A stretch of DNA of 64,000 bases from Macrostomum hystrix (taxonomy: Eukaryota; Animalia; Platyhelminthes): positions 1,302,001 through 1,366,000 of the forward strand of contig CATNEN010000026.1 in assembly GCA_950097015.1 (NCBI GenBank), written 5' to 3'. A model generated the notes under the pieces. That model was not told the DNA's origin, did no database searches, and saw nothing but the letters and a program-made list of their open reading frames with translations. Positions 37,258-49,369 of this stretch are shown here, piece after piece. A program made the translations under genes and the position numbers. Every line of letters begins with the position of its first letter. Within the stretch, counting starts at the first letter, position 1.

Positions 37258-38295
37258 TACTGATTCTTACCAGAATCCCAACAAACTGATTCTTACCAGA
37301 ATCCGAACAAACTGATTCTTACCAGAATCCCAACAAACTGATTCTTCCCAGAATCCCAACAAACTGATTCTTACCAGAATCCCAACAAACTGATTCTTAC
37401 CAGAATCCCAACAAACTGATTCTTACCAGAGTCCCAACAAACTGATTCTTACCAGAATCCCAACAAACTGATTCTTACCAGAATCCCAACAAACTGATCC
37501 TTCCCAGAATCCCAACAAACTGATTCTTACCAGAATCCCAACAAACTGATTCTTACCAGAATTCCAACAAACTGATTCTTACCAGAATCCCAACAAACTG
37601 ATTCTTCCCAGAATCCCAACAAACTGATTCTTACCAGAATCCCAACAAACTGATTCTTCCCAGAATCCCAACAAACTGATTCTTACCAGAATCCCAACAA
37701 ACAGATTCTTACCAGAATCCCAACAAACTTATTCTTACCAGAATCCCAACAAACTGATCCTCCCCAGAATCCCAACAAACTGATCCTTCCCAGAATCCCA
37801 ACAAACGGATTCTTACCAGAATCCCAACAAACTGATTCTTACCAGAATCCCAACAAACTGATTCTTACCAGAATCCCAACAAACTGATTCTTACCAGAAT
37901 CCCAACAAACTGATCCTTCCCAGAATCCCAACAAATTGATTCTTACCAGAATCCCAACAAACTGATTCTTACCAGAATCCGAACAAACTGATTCTTACCA
38001 GAATCCCAACAAACTGATTCTTACCAGAATCCCAACAAACTGATCCTTACCAGAATCCCAACAAACTGATTCTTACCAGAATTCCAACAAACTGATTCTT
38101 ACCAGAATCCCAAAAAACAGATTCTTACCAGAATCCCAACAAACTGATTCTTCCCAGAATCCCAACAAACTGATTCTTACCAGAATCCCAACAAACTGAT
38201 TCTTACCAGAATCCCAACAAACTGATTCTTACCAGAATCCCAACAAACTGATTCTTACCAGAATCCTAACAAACTGATTCTTCCAAGAATCCCAA
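37258..38295. repeat. 26-bp minisatellite (CTGATTCTTACCAGAATCCCAACAAA)
   Basis: Direct inspection. Confidence 0.92.
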
Positions 38296-38759
38296 CAACC
38301 TGATTATCATTAAAATCGCAAACTGATGCAACCTAAAGTCCTTAGAAAAGTTCTCACCAGAAAAGTTTTCTTCAGAATTAGTAAAATTTCGATTCAGTGA
38401 AAAAATCTGGATTCTTTGATCTCTGGGTTGGAATTGAATTTTCCGCTTCGTAAAAGCAAAATAGATTTTTTGGCAGCAAATTGAAGATATTTTCATTTTT
38501 GTAGATTGCCTTTCATAATTAATGAATTTCACTAAAATAGTTTAATATCAGCTTGATTATGTTTTCCATTTCACTGCTCTACTTATTAAATCGATTTTTT
38601 TAAATGGAAAATTCAAGGTAAGTCAGTGTAACAAATTTCAGTGTCGGGATAAAAGTCTGAAAAAACCAAATTGATTGGCAGTTGCGAATCTCACCAGCTA
38701 GTACAGTGCAGTTGCGATTCCAGCTATAATTCCTGCTCCAATGTCTCTTGGAGCCCGGC

Positions 38760-39352
38760 TGCAATACTAGCAGCCATGATTCTTGCTGCGATTCTAGCCA
38801 TGATTCTTGCTGCGATTCTAGCTATGACTCTTGCTGCGATTCTAGCCATGATTCTTGCTGCGATTCTAGCTATGACTCTTGCTGCGATTCTAGCTATGAC
38901 TCTTGCTGCGATTCTAGCTATGACTCTTGCTGCGATTCTAGCTATGACTCTTGCTGCGATTCTAGTTATGACTCTTGCTGCGATTCTAGCTATGACTCTT
39001 GCTGCGATTCTAGCTATGACTCTTGCTGCGATTCTAGCTATGACTCTTGCTGCGATTCTAGTTATGACTCTTGCTGCGATTCTAGCTATGACTCTTGCTG
39101 CAATTCTAGCTATGACTCTTGCTGTGATTCTAGATATGACTCTTGCTGCGATTCTAGCTATGACTCTTGCTGCGATTCTAGCTATGACTCTTGCTGCGAT
39201 TCTAGCTATGACTCTTGCTGCGATTCTAGTTATGACTCTTGCTGCGATTCTAGCTATGACTCTTGCTGCGATTCTAGTTATGACTCTTGCTGCGATTCTA
39301 GCTATGACTCTTGCTGCGATTCTAGATATGACTCTTGCTTCGATTCTAGCTA
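38760..39352. repeat. 24-bp minisatellite (GCTGCGATTCTAGCTATGACTCTT)
   Basis: Direct inspection. Confidence 0.92.
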
Positions 39353-39366
39353 GCCCCCATTCTCAC

Positions 39367-39735
39367 CAGCTGTTTATCCTGCTCGAAGCCGAACACTCGG
39401 CAGTCAAGAAATCGCTCATCCGGGCTCCACGAGTCGCTCATCTTCTTGCGCAACTCGTCAGCAAACTCCTTCGGCAACTGCTGCTGCTGCTGTTGGCCAA
39501 GAAGGCACTGCATGGTTCGCTGCACAAGGCAGTAGCGCCTGAACCAGGCCCACTTGGCGGCGCAGGGTGCCCGGTCCAGATTGCTATCGCAGGCCAGGCC
39601 GCAGAGGACAATTAGGAATGGACTGTGCATCAGCTGCTTGCCAGAGCGCACGCAGGCCTCTTCAAATTCGTACTGGCGAGACAGCATGTCCGGCAGGGTG
39701 CGCAGCAGCGACTGTGCAGGCGACTCGCGAACGAA
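39367..39735 (-). CDS. HERC2: HERC2 exon (RQYEFEE..GKQLMHSPF..KWAWFRRYC..EQDKQL)
   Basis: Acceptor GTATTTAG|TTC. Donor CTG|GTGAGA. Matches the HERC2 linker before RLD3. Confidence 0.92.
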
Positions 39736-40095
39736 CTAAATACGAATTCGTGTTTTAAAAATGAGCGTTCTAATTGGAAGTTGCCTCATTTAATGAGTTT
39801 GTCTCTTACATGTATTTCCTCAATCAGGGATTCCCTCGTTCGGGTATTCCTAATTTAGGATTTCCCTTTTGGGTTTTTCTTTCAGGGATTCCCCATTTCA
39901 GGGATTCCCCCTATCGGGGATTCCCCAATAGGGGATTCCCCTTTCAAAAATTCCCCCGTTCAGAGATTCCCTTTCAGGGACACCCTTTTCAGGGATTCCG
40001 CCTTTCAGGGATTAAGATTATATTTAGATATTCTTTAGAGATTTAGGAATGAACTTTAAAGGTTCTCATGTCAAACTCTGAAAAAACCGTTTTAC

Positions 40096-41082
40096 CTCAC
40101 TGCCGGTTTTCTGCAAGCCGCGCACCAGTGCGCGCAGCATGTGCAGCGCCCACATGCGCTGATCGGCTGTGAGTGAGTTCAACTGAGCCGTGGCGCCCAA
40201 AGCTGCGGCCAATCGTCCCGCAGAGATAGGCGACAGATTGGTCATGACAGCGGCCGCGGCAGGCGTCGGCGGAACCAGACGACGAAGCAGGCGCTGAGCC
40301 ATGCGAATGCAGGGCCGGTTCAGGACGCAGGCGTCGCTCAGAACTAGTACTGGAGTAGACGATGGCATGGTCGGGTGTACGGTGAATCGCCAGCCCCAGC
40401 CGTTAACGGACAAGTCGGAGGTGAACTTCCAGGCTAACTCGTTGCCGGGTACTTTGATCTCCTGGGACCAATCGGACCATTCCCGACCGGATCTGACAGC
40501 CACAATGCGACCGGCGCCATCCAATATGGCTAGCGGATCGTGCCGCTTCTCAGTTGAGCACTGCCTGTCGAATTCCACAGTGAGCATCTCGGCGCCCGGA
40601 ATGCAGACAACGCCAGAGAGACTGCAGTCGTCAGGGTAGGGATGCGGACTCTCCTGTACCACGGCTGCCGGACGGCGCCTCTGGCCGGCTAAGTCGGTAT
40701 CAGCCGAGGCCGCCTCCAGTTCGTTAACGCAGGCGTCGATGAGTAGGCCGGCTACGCGTTGATTGGCGTCAGCGAGTTGTTCGAGTTTTTCGGCTAGGCG
40801 ACGCGCCGACGACGCTTGGGCAATGGCTGAATTGGCGGCGTCGATCGGCGGCGTTGGCGTTGAAGACGGAGCAGAGGCGACTCGATCGCAGATGGCCAAT
40901 TTGAGTAGGCTGAGCAGCTGAGAAATGCCGCCTGGAGTTAGCAGACGCGGCTGGGAATCTTTCTCCATGGCCTCGCCTTCGCCCTCGCCCTTGGCTTCGG
41001 CTACGGCTACGACCTGACCAGCGTCGGCGGGCAACGTTGGCGATTGTTCTTCAACTGGCGTGGCTTCTAATGAGGATTCTAC
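40096..41082 (-). CDS. HERC2: HERC2 exon (ESPHPYPDD..EFDRQCSTEKRHDPL..SVNGWGWRFTV)
   Basis: Acceptor CACACAG|GTA. Donor GAG|GTAAAA. Conserved HERC2 block. Confidence 0.92.
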
Positions 41083-41271
41083 CTGTGTGATAGATGACAA
41101 TCTAATGATTAATGGGATTTACGCTTTTCGCACGAGACACACCAGGGTTTGAGATCCTTGCATTACAGGTCCTGGGCTCAAACCCACAGGGTGAGTAGGG
41201 TTCCAAACTCTTGCATCATAGGTCCCGAGTTCGATCCCCAAGTGTACCAAAGAATCAGCAATGATAACAAC

Positions 41272-41955
41272 CTCCGCGTGAGTCGGCGAACCGGCCGGCA
41301 ATTCCAATTGAATATCGTCGATGCTGGTCAGCGCGCCACCGTCAAGGTTCTCCAAGGTCTCGGAGCGAGGTGGCGGCGGCGGTGGCGGCGGCGGCAGCAG
41401 CGTAGACGGCGATGGCGATGGTGGAGCTGCGGCTTCCGCTGCGAGCGCCGCCTCGACGCTCAGGCAGTCGATGGCGGCCGAGCGGGCCAGGCGGAGCAGG
41501 CGAGCTTGCAGCAGGCAGGCGAGGGCGTCACGTTTGTCGGCCAGCCGGCGAGCGCTCAATGTCACCCGGCTAAGCGACGGTCGAGTTGACGAGGTCGATG
41601 AAGTTGATGACGGCTTCCCGTCCGCAGTGACATTGGCGGCAGTCGCCGGCGATGCGGTCTCGAACGCGTCGCGCTCCCAGGCGTCCATGGCGAAGCTGCG
41701 ACCAAGCGGGTCGCGCTCGACAGCGAACGGCACCGGCTCGTGGACCGGCGCCGATGCGGCAGCGGCTGCGGCGGCCGCAGCTGCGGCCTGGCCGAAATCG
41801 GCGAGAGTCCAGGCGACGCTGTGCGAACTTCCGCAGGCGACCCTCGTGACGCGATAGCCATCGAGGCCCTGGACTAGGCAGGGACGGCGATTGACGGTGG
41901 TGGAACCGTTGCCCTGCTGGCCGTGATCGTTGTCGCCCCAGGCGTAGACTTGGCC
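41272..41955 (-). CDS. HERC2: HERC2 exon, end of RCC1-like domain 2 (3' boundary 41272 or 41248)
   Basis: [17 protein letters not shown]. Acceptor TTTTCCAG|GGC. Two possible phase-0 donors (GAG|GTTGTT, TTG|GTACAC). Confidence 0.88.
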
Positions 41956-42139
41956 CTGGAAAATAAAACATAACTTTCCTTTTTTCCTCCAATATACTAA
42001 AATTCAAAACTAATTTCTATATATAGGAGAAATTTATTTTCTCCCGAACGGCTCAACCGATTTTCACTATTTCTTCACCAAAAGATTCCAAATATGGGGA
42101 CAATTTTACACCTATTTTTATTAAGGTAATTACTTCAGG

Positions 42140-43650
42140 GAATTACTTCTCTGCTGCTAGGGGGCGGAATTAGTTCTCTGCTGCTGGGAGGAATTAGTTC
42201 TTTGCAGCTTCGGGGGAATTAGTTCTCTACTGCTGGGAGGAATTAGTTCTCTGCTCCTGGGGGGAATTAGTTCTCTGCTGCTGGGAGGAATTAGTTCTCT
42301 GCTGCTGGGAGGAATTAGTTCTCTGCTGCTGGGAGGAATTAGTTCTCTGCTGCTGGGAGGAATTAGTTCTCTGCTGCTGGGAGGAATTAGTTCTCTGCTG
42401 CTGGGGGGAATTAGTTCTCTGCTGCTGGGGGGGGGAATTAGTTCTCTGCTGCTGGGGGGGACTTAGTTCTCTGCTGCTGGGGGGAATTAGTTCTCTGCTG
42501 CTGGGAGGAATTAGTTCTCTGCTGCTGGAAGGAATTAGTTCTCTGCTGCTGGGAGGAATTAGTTCTTTGCAGCTTCGGGGGAATTAGTTCTTTGCTGCTG
42601 GGAGGAATTAGTTCTCTGCTGCTGGGAGGAATTAGTTCTCTGCTCCTGGGGGAAATTAGTTCTCTGCTGCTGGGAGGAATTAGTTCTCTGCTGCTGGGAG
42701 GAATTAGTTCTTTGCTGCTGGGGGAATTAGTTCTTTGCTGCTGGGAGGAATTAGTTCTCTGCTCCTGGGGGAAATTAGTTCTCTGCTGCTGGGAGGAATT
42801 AGTTCTCTGCTGCTGGGAGGAATTAGTTCTCTGCTGCTGGGAGGAATTAGTTCTCTGCTGCTGGGAGGAATTAGTTCTCTGCTGCTGGGGGGGGGGAATT
42901 AGTTCTCTGCTGCTGGGGGGGACTTAGTTCTCTGCTGCTGGGGGGAATTAGTTCTCTGCTGCTGGGAGGAATTAGTTCTCTGCTGCTGGAAGGAATTAGT
43001 TCTCTGCTGCTGGGAGGAATTAGTTCTTTGCAGCTTCGGGGGAATTAGTTCTTTGCTGCTGGGAGGAATTAGTTCTCTGCTGCTGGGAGGAATTAGTTCT
43101 CTGCTGCTGGGAGGAATTAGTTCTTTGCAGCTTCGGGGGAATTAGTTCTTTGCTGCTGGGAGGAATTAGTTCTCTGCTGCTGGGAGGAATTAGTTCTTTG
43201 CTGCTGGTGGGGGGGAATTAGTTCTCTGCTGCTGGGGGGAATTAGTTCTCTGCTGCTGGGGGGGGGAATTAGTTCTCTGCTGCTGGGGGGGGAATTAGTT
43301 CTCTGCTGCTGGGGGGGGGAATTAGTTCTCTGCTGCTGGGGGGAAATTAGTTCTCTGCTGCTGGGGGGGGGGAATTAGTTCTCTGCTGCTGGGGGGGAAT
43401 TAGTTCTCTGCTGCTGGGGGGGAATTACTTCTCTGCTGCTGGGGGGGGAATTAGTTCTCTGCTGCTGGGGGGGAATTAGTTCTCTGCTGCTGGGGGGGGG
43501 AATTAGTTCTCTGCTGCTGGGGGGGGAATTAGTTCTCTGCTGCTGGGGGGGGAATTAGTTCTCTGCTGCTGGGGGGGAATTAGTTCTCTGCTGCTGGGGA
43601 GAATTAGGGGGGAATTAGTTCTCTGCTGCTGGGGGGAATTAGTTCTCTCA
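42140..43650. repeat. GGAATTAGTTCTCTGCTGCTG(G)n array
   Basis: Direct inspection. Confidence 0.92.
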
Positions 43651-44029
43651 GACTAAGTGTCTATTAAGCTGAGTTGTAACTAAAGTAAGTTACTTGCGTA
43701 ATTTTGCCCCAATGGGGCTCTTGCTGTACAGACTGGATGTCTCAGAATGTATTCAAAGTCAGACTAACTATTTGTGTATTTAGTGAGAATTCTAATTCTC
43801 GTTGAATCGCAATCACGTATATTCGCAACCAGGGAAATTAATACTGACGAAATGAGTTTTTGTTTTCGTTTGCTTTCAGGTGTGTTTTGTCCTTCTGTAT
43901 TACACAAGATGTTTTCTGTGAACAGTAGTGCCCCCCAAGGGGGGCTTAGTGTGCTAGTTAGTTTACTATATTCGACTACGCGACAGACTTATATTGGTAA
44001 AAATATAAATTTTTGTATTTTTGAGATTA

Positions 44030-44560
44030 CGCGCTTTTGGGATTCCCAGCTTCTGTGATAACCCACTTCTGGGATTTCCAGCTTCTGGGATTCCTCACTT
44101 CTTAGATTCCCCTCACCTGGGATTCCCTGCATCGAGGATTCCCACTTCTAGGATTCCCGCTTTAGGGATTCCCAGCTTGAAGGATTCCCAGGTTCTGGTA
44201 TAACCCACTTTAAGGGTTCCCCGCATCCGAGATTAGCCACTTCTGGGATCTGGGATTCTGGGATTTGGGATTCCCCGCTTCTGGGATTCCCCGCGCACCT
44301 AGGATTCCCCGCGCACCTGGGATTTTCCGCACACCAGGGATTCCCAAGCACCTGGGATTCCCAAGCACCTGGGATTCCCCACGCCTGGGATACCTCGCTT
44401 CCGGGAAATCCCCGCTTCTGGGGTTTTCCGTTTAGAGATTCCCCACTTCAGGGATTCCTTGATTCGGGGATTTCCTATTCCAACGATTCCCAGCTTTTGG
44501 GATTCTCTGCTTCAGGGATTTTCAGCTTTTGGGATTCCTGCGTCAGGGATTTTTTCTGAT
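44030..44560. repeat. Degenerate CTGGGATTCCC array (similar patch at 39820-40015)
   Basis: Direct inspection. Confidence 0.75.
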
Positions 44561-44640
44561 GCTCTAATGACTATAATTAGAGCTTTGGTAGATAAGGTGA
44601 TTCCTACAGATAGGTCGACATTGGAAGGCAATTCACGCAC

Positions 44641-45000
44641 CTGATCAGTGACAGCCAGGCAGTGCAGGGCCCCAACAGCCACGTGAACAATGCGCTTGTC
44701 TCGCAGGGCTTCAACTAGCGTAGGCTTGCGCACGTGCTCGTCTGTGCCGTGGCCCAATCGGTAATAATCGCCTTTGCCCCAAGTCCACACTTCGCCGCGG
44801 CTAGTTAGGGCCAGGGTGAACTGGGCGCCGCATTCCAACTGTGCGACACCCTTGCCGCATAGGCCATCAATGCGGACTGGGAGGCTGCAGCCTTCGGAGC
44901 CGCCCCGGCCAAGTTTGCCAAAGTCGCCGTCGCCCCAGGACCAGACGCTGCCGTCGTCGGTTAAAGCGATAGTTTGAGCGTCCCGACTGCCGCAGGAGAT
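44641..45000 (-). CDS. HERC2: HERC2 exon, RCC1-like domain 2
   Basis: [26 protein letters not shown]. Acceptor CTTCAAG|ATC. Donor CAG|GTGCGT. Confidence 0.95.
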
Positions 45001-45046
45001 CTTGAAGTTGATTTCAACAATAAATAGAGAATTAAATGCGCTCAAT

Positions 45047-46401
45047 CAGAGCTCTGCAGCAGTACCTCGCAGGCCGAAAATAAATTCGATAATACGAAAG
45101 CAGGCCGGATAGTGTGAGACACGGTATGGGATGGAGGAGATGAGACACGGGAGAGATGGGACACGGGAGAGATGGGACACGGGAGAGATGGGACACGGGA
45201 GAGATGGGACACGGGAGAGATGGGACACGGGAGAGATGGGACACGGGAGAGATGGGACACGGAAGAGATGGGACACAGGAGAGATGAGACACGAGAGAGA
45301 TAAGACACGGGAGAGATGGAACACGGGAGAGATGGGACACGGGAAAGATGGGACACTGTAGAGATAAGACACGGGAGAGATGGGACACGGGAGAGATGGG
45401 ACACGGGAGAGATGGGACACGGGAGAGATGGGACACTGTAGAGAGATAAGACACGGGAGAGATGGAACACGGGAGAGATGGGACACGGGAAAGATGGGAC
45501 ACTGTAGAGATAAGACACGGGAGAGATGGGACACGGGAGAGATGGGACACGGGAGAGATGGGACACGGGAAAGATAATACACGGGAGAGATGGGACACGG
45601 GAGAGATGGGACACGGGAGAGATGGGACACGGGAGAGATGGGACACGGGAGAGATGGGACACTGTAGAGAGATAAGACACGGGAGAGATGGGACACGGGA
45701 GAGATAAGACGCGGGAGAGATGGGACACGGGAGAGATAATACACGGGAGAGATGGGACACGGGAGAGATGGGACACGGGAGAGATGGGACACGGGAGAGA
45801 TGGGACACGGGAGAGATAAGACACGGGAGAGATGGGACACGGGAGAGATAAGACGCGGGAGAGATAAGACACGGGAGAGATGGGACACGGGAGAGATGGG
45901 ACACGGGAGATATGGGACACGAGAAAGATGGGACACTGTAGAGTAGAGATAAGACACGGGAGAGATGGGACACGAGAGAGATAAGACACGGTAGAGATGG
46001 TACACGGGAGAGATGGGACACGGGAGAGATGAGACACGGGAGAGATGGGACACAGGAGAGATGAGACACCGGAGAGATGGGACACGGGAGATGAGACCAG
46101 AGATGAGACAGAGGTAGATCAGAGCTTGTTTACCACTGTAGACAATATATCTATATATCTTCTATAAGGGGAGAGATAAGACACGGAGACATGGAGTTAT
46201 GAGACAGGGAAAGAGATGAGACAAGGGAAGATGAGACTGGAGAGTCTGGGGAGAAAAAACACGGGATAAGACAGGGCGAGCCACGACGAGGAAGAGACTG
46301 TACCCTGGAAAGATGGGACACAGTAGAGATATGATAAGGGAGAAATACGAGTCCAGGGCAGGGTTTGCAAGTGGCCCTGGGCCGTAGATTGCTGACCCCT
46401 G
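45047..46401. mobile_element. Older, inverted copy of a related hAT element with an expanded 16-bp minisatellite
   Basis: Right end reads CAGGGGTCAGCAATCTACGGCCC on -. Degenerate left TIR CAGAGCTCTGCA. Flanks match 5/8. Same GTGTC(C/T)CATCTCTCCC unit in the opposite orientation. Confidence 0.65.
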
Positions 46402-46448
46402 CACGAAATATTCTACTCGGCGAATTAGCATTTGTTAAGGTGTCCAAC

Positions 46449-46652
46449 CTGAACAACACGCATGGATTTGAGCGCTTCAACTCGCTTAGGTCGAAGCTGG
46501 GTCTCATTGTCACCGTGGCCCAGCCGGCCGTACTCGCCCATGCCCCAGGTGAACAATTCGCCGATGGATCCGACGGCGGCTGAGTGCGAGCTGCCGCAGG
46601 CAACGTCGACAATCCGATGGGGCTTTAATGATTCGATGAGGCGGGGCTGCTC
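46449..46652 (-). CDS. HERC2: HERC2 exon, RCC1-like domain 2
   Basis: [15 protein letters not shown]. Acceptor CCCCAG|GAG. Donor CAG|GTTGGA. Confidence 0.94.
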
Positions 46653-46741
46653 CTGGGGTGTACATGGGGTGGGCGGTGACTGACGTCCCTTAGCTCGAAT
46701 AATTGGCGAGGCCAGAATATATAACATATGCGATTGATTAC

Positions 46742-46864
46742 CTGTTGCTTGGTATCGCCGTGGCCCAATTTGCCATCGTCGCCTTCGCCCCAGCTAAATA
46801 CTTGACCGTCGGCGGTCAGGGCCAGACAGTGTCGGCCGCTAGAGTGGACAGCCACCTTTTTCAC
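46742..46864 (-). CDS. HERC2: HERC2 exon, RCC1-like domain 2
   Basis: [25 protein letters not shown]. Acceptor TTTCGCAG|GTG. Donor CAG|GTAATC. Confidence 0.94.
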
Positions 46865-47158
46865 CTGCGAAAAAAATAAAAAAAACTAACAAAAGTGGGG
46901 ACGAACTTTTTTAATACATGCCGGGTCCGAGTTACTATCTTTTTAAACACATCAGGTGTCTAACTACGGCTTCGACAAAAATCGGTTTGCTAACATTTTT
47001 CGATACATATCGGGTTTACATATATTTTTCGATACATATCGGGTCGACAGACATATTTCTACTCATATCGGGTCTACCTACGTTTTCTGACACATATTAG
47101 TCCACATTAGTCCAATTTTTCGAAACATATCGAATTAATGATTCATAAGCGCGTTTAC

Positions 47159-47605
47159 CTTGTATTTAGCCAGGTCAGAGATAACGGTGGGTACGCTGAC
47201 ATTATCGGCGCAGTCGCCGCCCAAGCCCAGTCGATGATTAGACGCCTCGCCGCAGGCGTAGACTTCGCCATCGACAGTAACGCAGAACAGACTCTTAGAG
47301 CCGCCGGCAATTTGTACGCACCTGAGCGCGCTCAGGTGTTCATTAAATTGGGGCAGCTTCACCTTGGAGCCTTTGGCTACACCCAGCTGGTCTTTGTCAT
47401 TTAGACCCCAAACAAAGACGTGGGTTCGAACGCTGGGCGCGTCCGGCTTGGCTGTAGTTGCGGAAGCAGCAGCAGCCGCCGAAGCTGCGACAGCCGGACG
47501 GACAGTTGAAGCGGCAGATGGCACCTCGGCGGAATCGTCAACCAAGTAGGGGTAGATTGCAGTTAGGTCCTGCTGACGATGGCCGAGGATGCGCAGGCCG
47601 TGCAC
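47159..47605 (-). CDS. HERC2: HERC2 exon, end of DOC and start of RCC1-like domain 2
   Basis: VFVWGLNDKDQLG..IAGGSKSLF. Acceptor AAATCAG|GTG. Donor AAG|GTAAAC. Confidence 0.95.
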
Positions 47606-47692
47606 CTGATTTAGGCAAGAAAATAAAATGATTCGCATTATACTACTGAGTTAGTAGCAAGTGTTGGATAGTAAAAATCAATCGTCTCCTAC

Positions 47693-47938
47693 CTTGACAT
47701 TGAACACGGTATCATCGCGGCTATCCATCAAGGCCACTTCAACCATGCGATGAGTTCGTTCGCAGTTCTGCAGCAGCGTCAGCCACTCGGTTGAAGAAGA
47801 GCCTCTGGCTGATGCGGCAGCGCCGCCGGTGGTGGCAGCGGTGGGATTAAAGCGGGCCACCTCTTGGAAGCCTTTGGTTAGGTCGCCCAATGAAACTATG
47901 ACCAGCTTGGGCAGGTAGAGAGGATCCATAGGATCAAG
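47693..47938 (-). CDS. HERC2: HERC2 exon, DOC/APC10 domain
   Basis: LDPMDPLYLPKLVIVS aligns with VDPADSSYMPSLVVVS. Acceptor CTTTTAG|CTT. Donor AAG|GTAGGA. Confidence 0.88.
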
Positions 47939-47964
47939 CTAAAAGGCAATTTTAGCATTCCGGT

Positions 47965-48240
47965 ACAATTATATTGTACTAGCTACAGACTGTTGTAATA
48001 CCTAAAGATTCTGTTGTAATTGCTAAACATTCTGTTGTAATACCTAAAGATTCTGTTGTAATAGCTAAAGATTCTGTTGTAATAGCTACAGATCATTTAG
48101 TAATAGCTATAGATTCTGTTGTAATAGCTACATATTCTGTTGTAATAGCTACAGATTCTGCTGTAATAGCTACAGATTCTGCTGTAATAGCTACAGATTC
48201 TGCTGTAATAGCTACAGATTCTGTAATAATAATTACAGAT
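47965..48240. repeat. 21-bp minisatellite (GTAATAGCTACAGATTCTGYT)
   Basis: Direct inspection. Confidence 0.85.
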
Positions 48241-48271
48241 TATTTCGCAAGAACTTAATATATGAAGTCAC

Positions 48272-48631
48272 CTTAATAGACAGCCGATCAATGACGATCT
48301 CCTCGTTCATCTCTAGGCGGATCCAGTGCCTGGCGCCCGCAGTCTTGGCCGCGCTCCGCCAACAGCCGCCGCCGACGCCGCCGCAGCTATCGTCGCTGGC
48401 GAAACCAAGCATGCGTCTAACTAAGTCGCCTCTACTGGACACTGTCACCTGTTTGACGCAATAGCCCCAGTGAGATCGGCGACGCCTGGGTCGGCGATCC
48501 CGGCTACGCGCGCGTCTACGAAGATCCGCTGAAGCCAAGCCGATGTCGGGCACAGCGGCGGCGGCTCCTGCGACATCGGAGCTGGCGGCAGCTGGTCCAC
48601 CACGCGAGCTCGAGCATGGACCAGCGCGTAC
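48272..48631 (-). CDS. HERC2: HERC2 exon, start of DOC/APC10 domain
   Basis: W..CVKQVTVSS..HWIRLEM. Acceptor TTCAATAG|GTA. Donor AAG|GTGACT. Confidence 0.86.
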
Positions 48632-49006
48632 CTATTGAAAACCAATATAGACATACATTTTCTGCTGACTAAATTTCATCATGGAACGATTGACACAAGC
48701 TGTCAATCAGTCATCGCTGCACCAGGGAACCTATGTTCTCAGCATCCGTCCATCTCCTACACCGACTATGCCTACTGACTGAAGACTGCAAGCAGAAGAA
48801 GGATTCTTAAATTTCAGCTTTTGTTGAAGATCCCGACGGTCGCCGCCGATGCTCCAAACAGCGATGAAGGGGAACCTAGCGGGGGAAAACCCTAGGGGAA
48901 AATAGCTGGTCTTTCTATTGAAAAAACGGAATATCATGAAGCACAATAAACCGTACGAAAAGTCTTAACACTGGAAGCTACACTGAAACACTCCACAGAA
49001 GCTTAC

Positions 49007-49354
49007 GGGCGAAGCGTCCGGCGAGGCGATCTCGAGAAAGTCGTGTCCCAGCGGATGGCCTGACTGGCCGCCCAGGTAGCAGGCCTCGCACAGGTTGAAA
49101 TCCGGACAGATTCGGCAGGCGAAGCGCGACCCGCGAATCGGCGCCCTCCAACAGTCGAAGCAGGCGAAGCCGGGATGACTGGCCGCTGGCACGGCGGCCA
49201 GCTCCGACTGCAGGCAGCGCCAGCCGCGGTGCTCGGGAAAGTCAACGATGGCTTCGGGTTGGATGGCCTGGCCGCACAGGGAGACGAGAATGCCGACGCT
49301 CGCCGGAGTGACGCAGCCCCAGCGATAACGCGGAGTCGCAACATCTGGACGAAC
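49007..49354 (-). CDS. HERC2: HERC2 exon, ZZ-type zinc finger
   Basis: HPGFACFDCWRAPIRGSRFACRICPDFNLCEAC..H. Acceptor TTTTCGCAG|GTT. Donor CCC|GTAAGC. Confidence 0.94.
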
Positions 49355-49369
49355 CTGCGAAAATTGGGA

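Noticed and set aside
41130-41245. Two tandem tRNA-like B-box fragments; another at about 54945
   Set aside because: Too short and degenerate to call; probably SINE debris.
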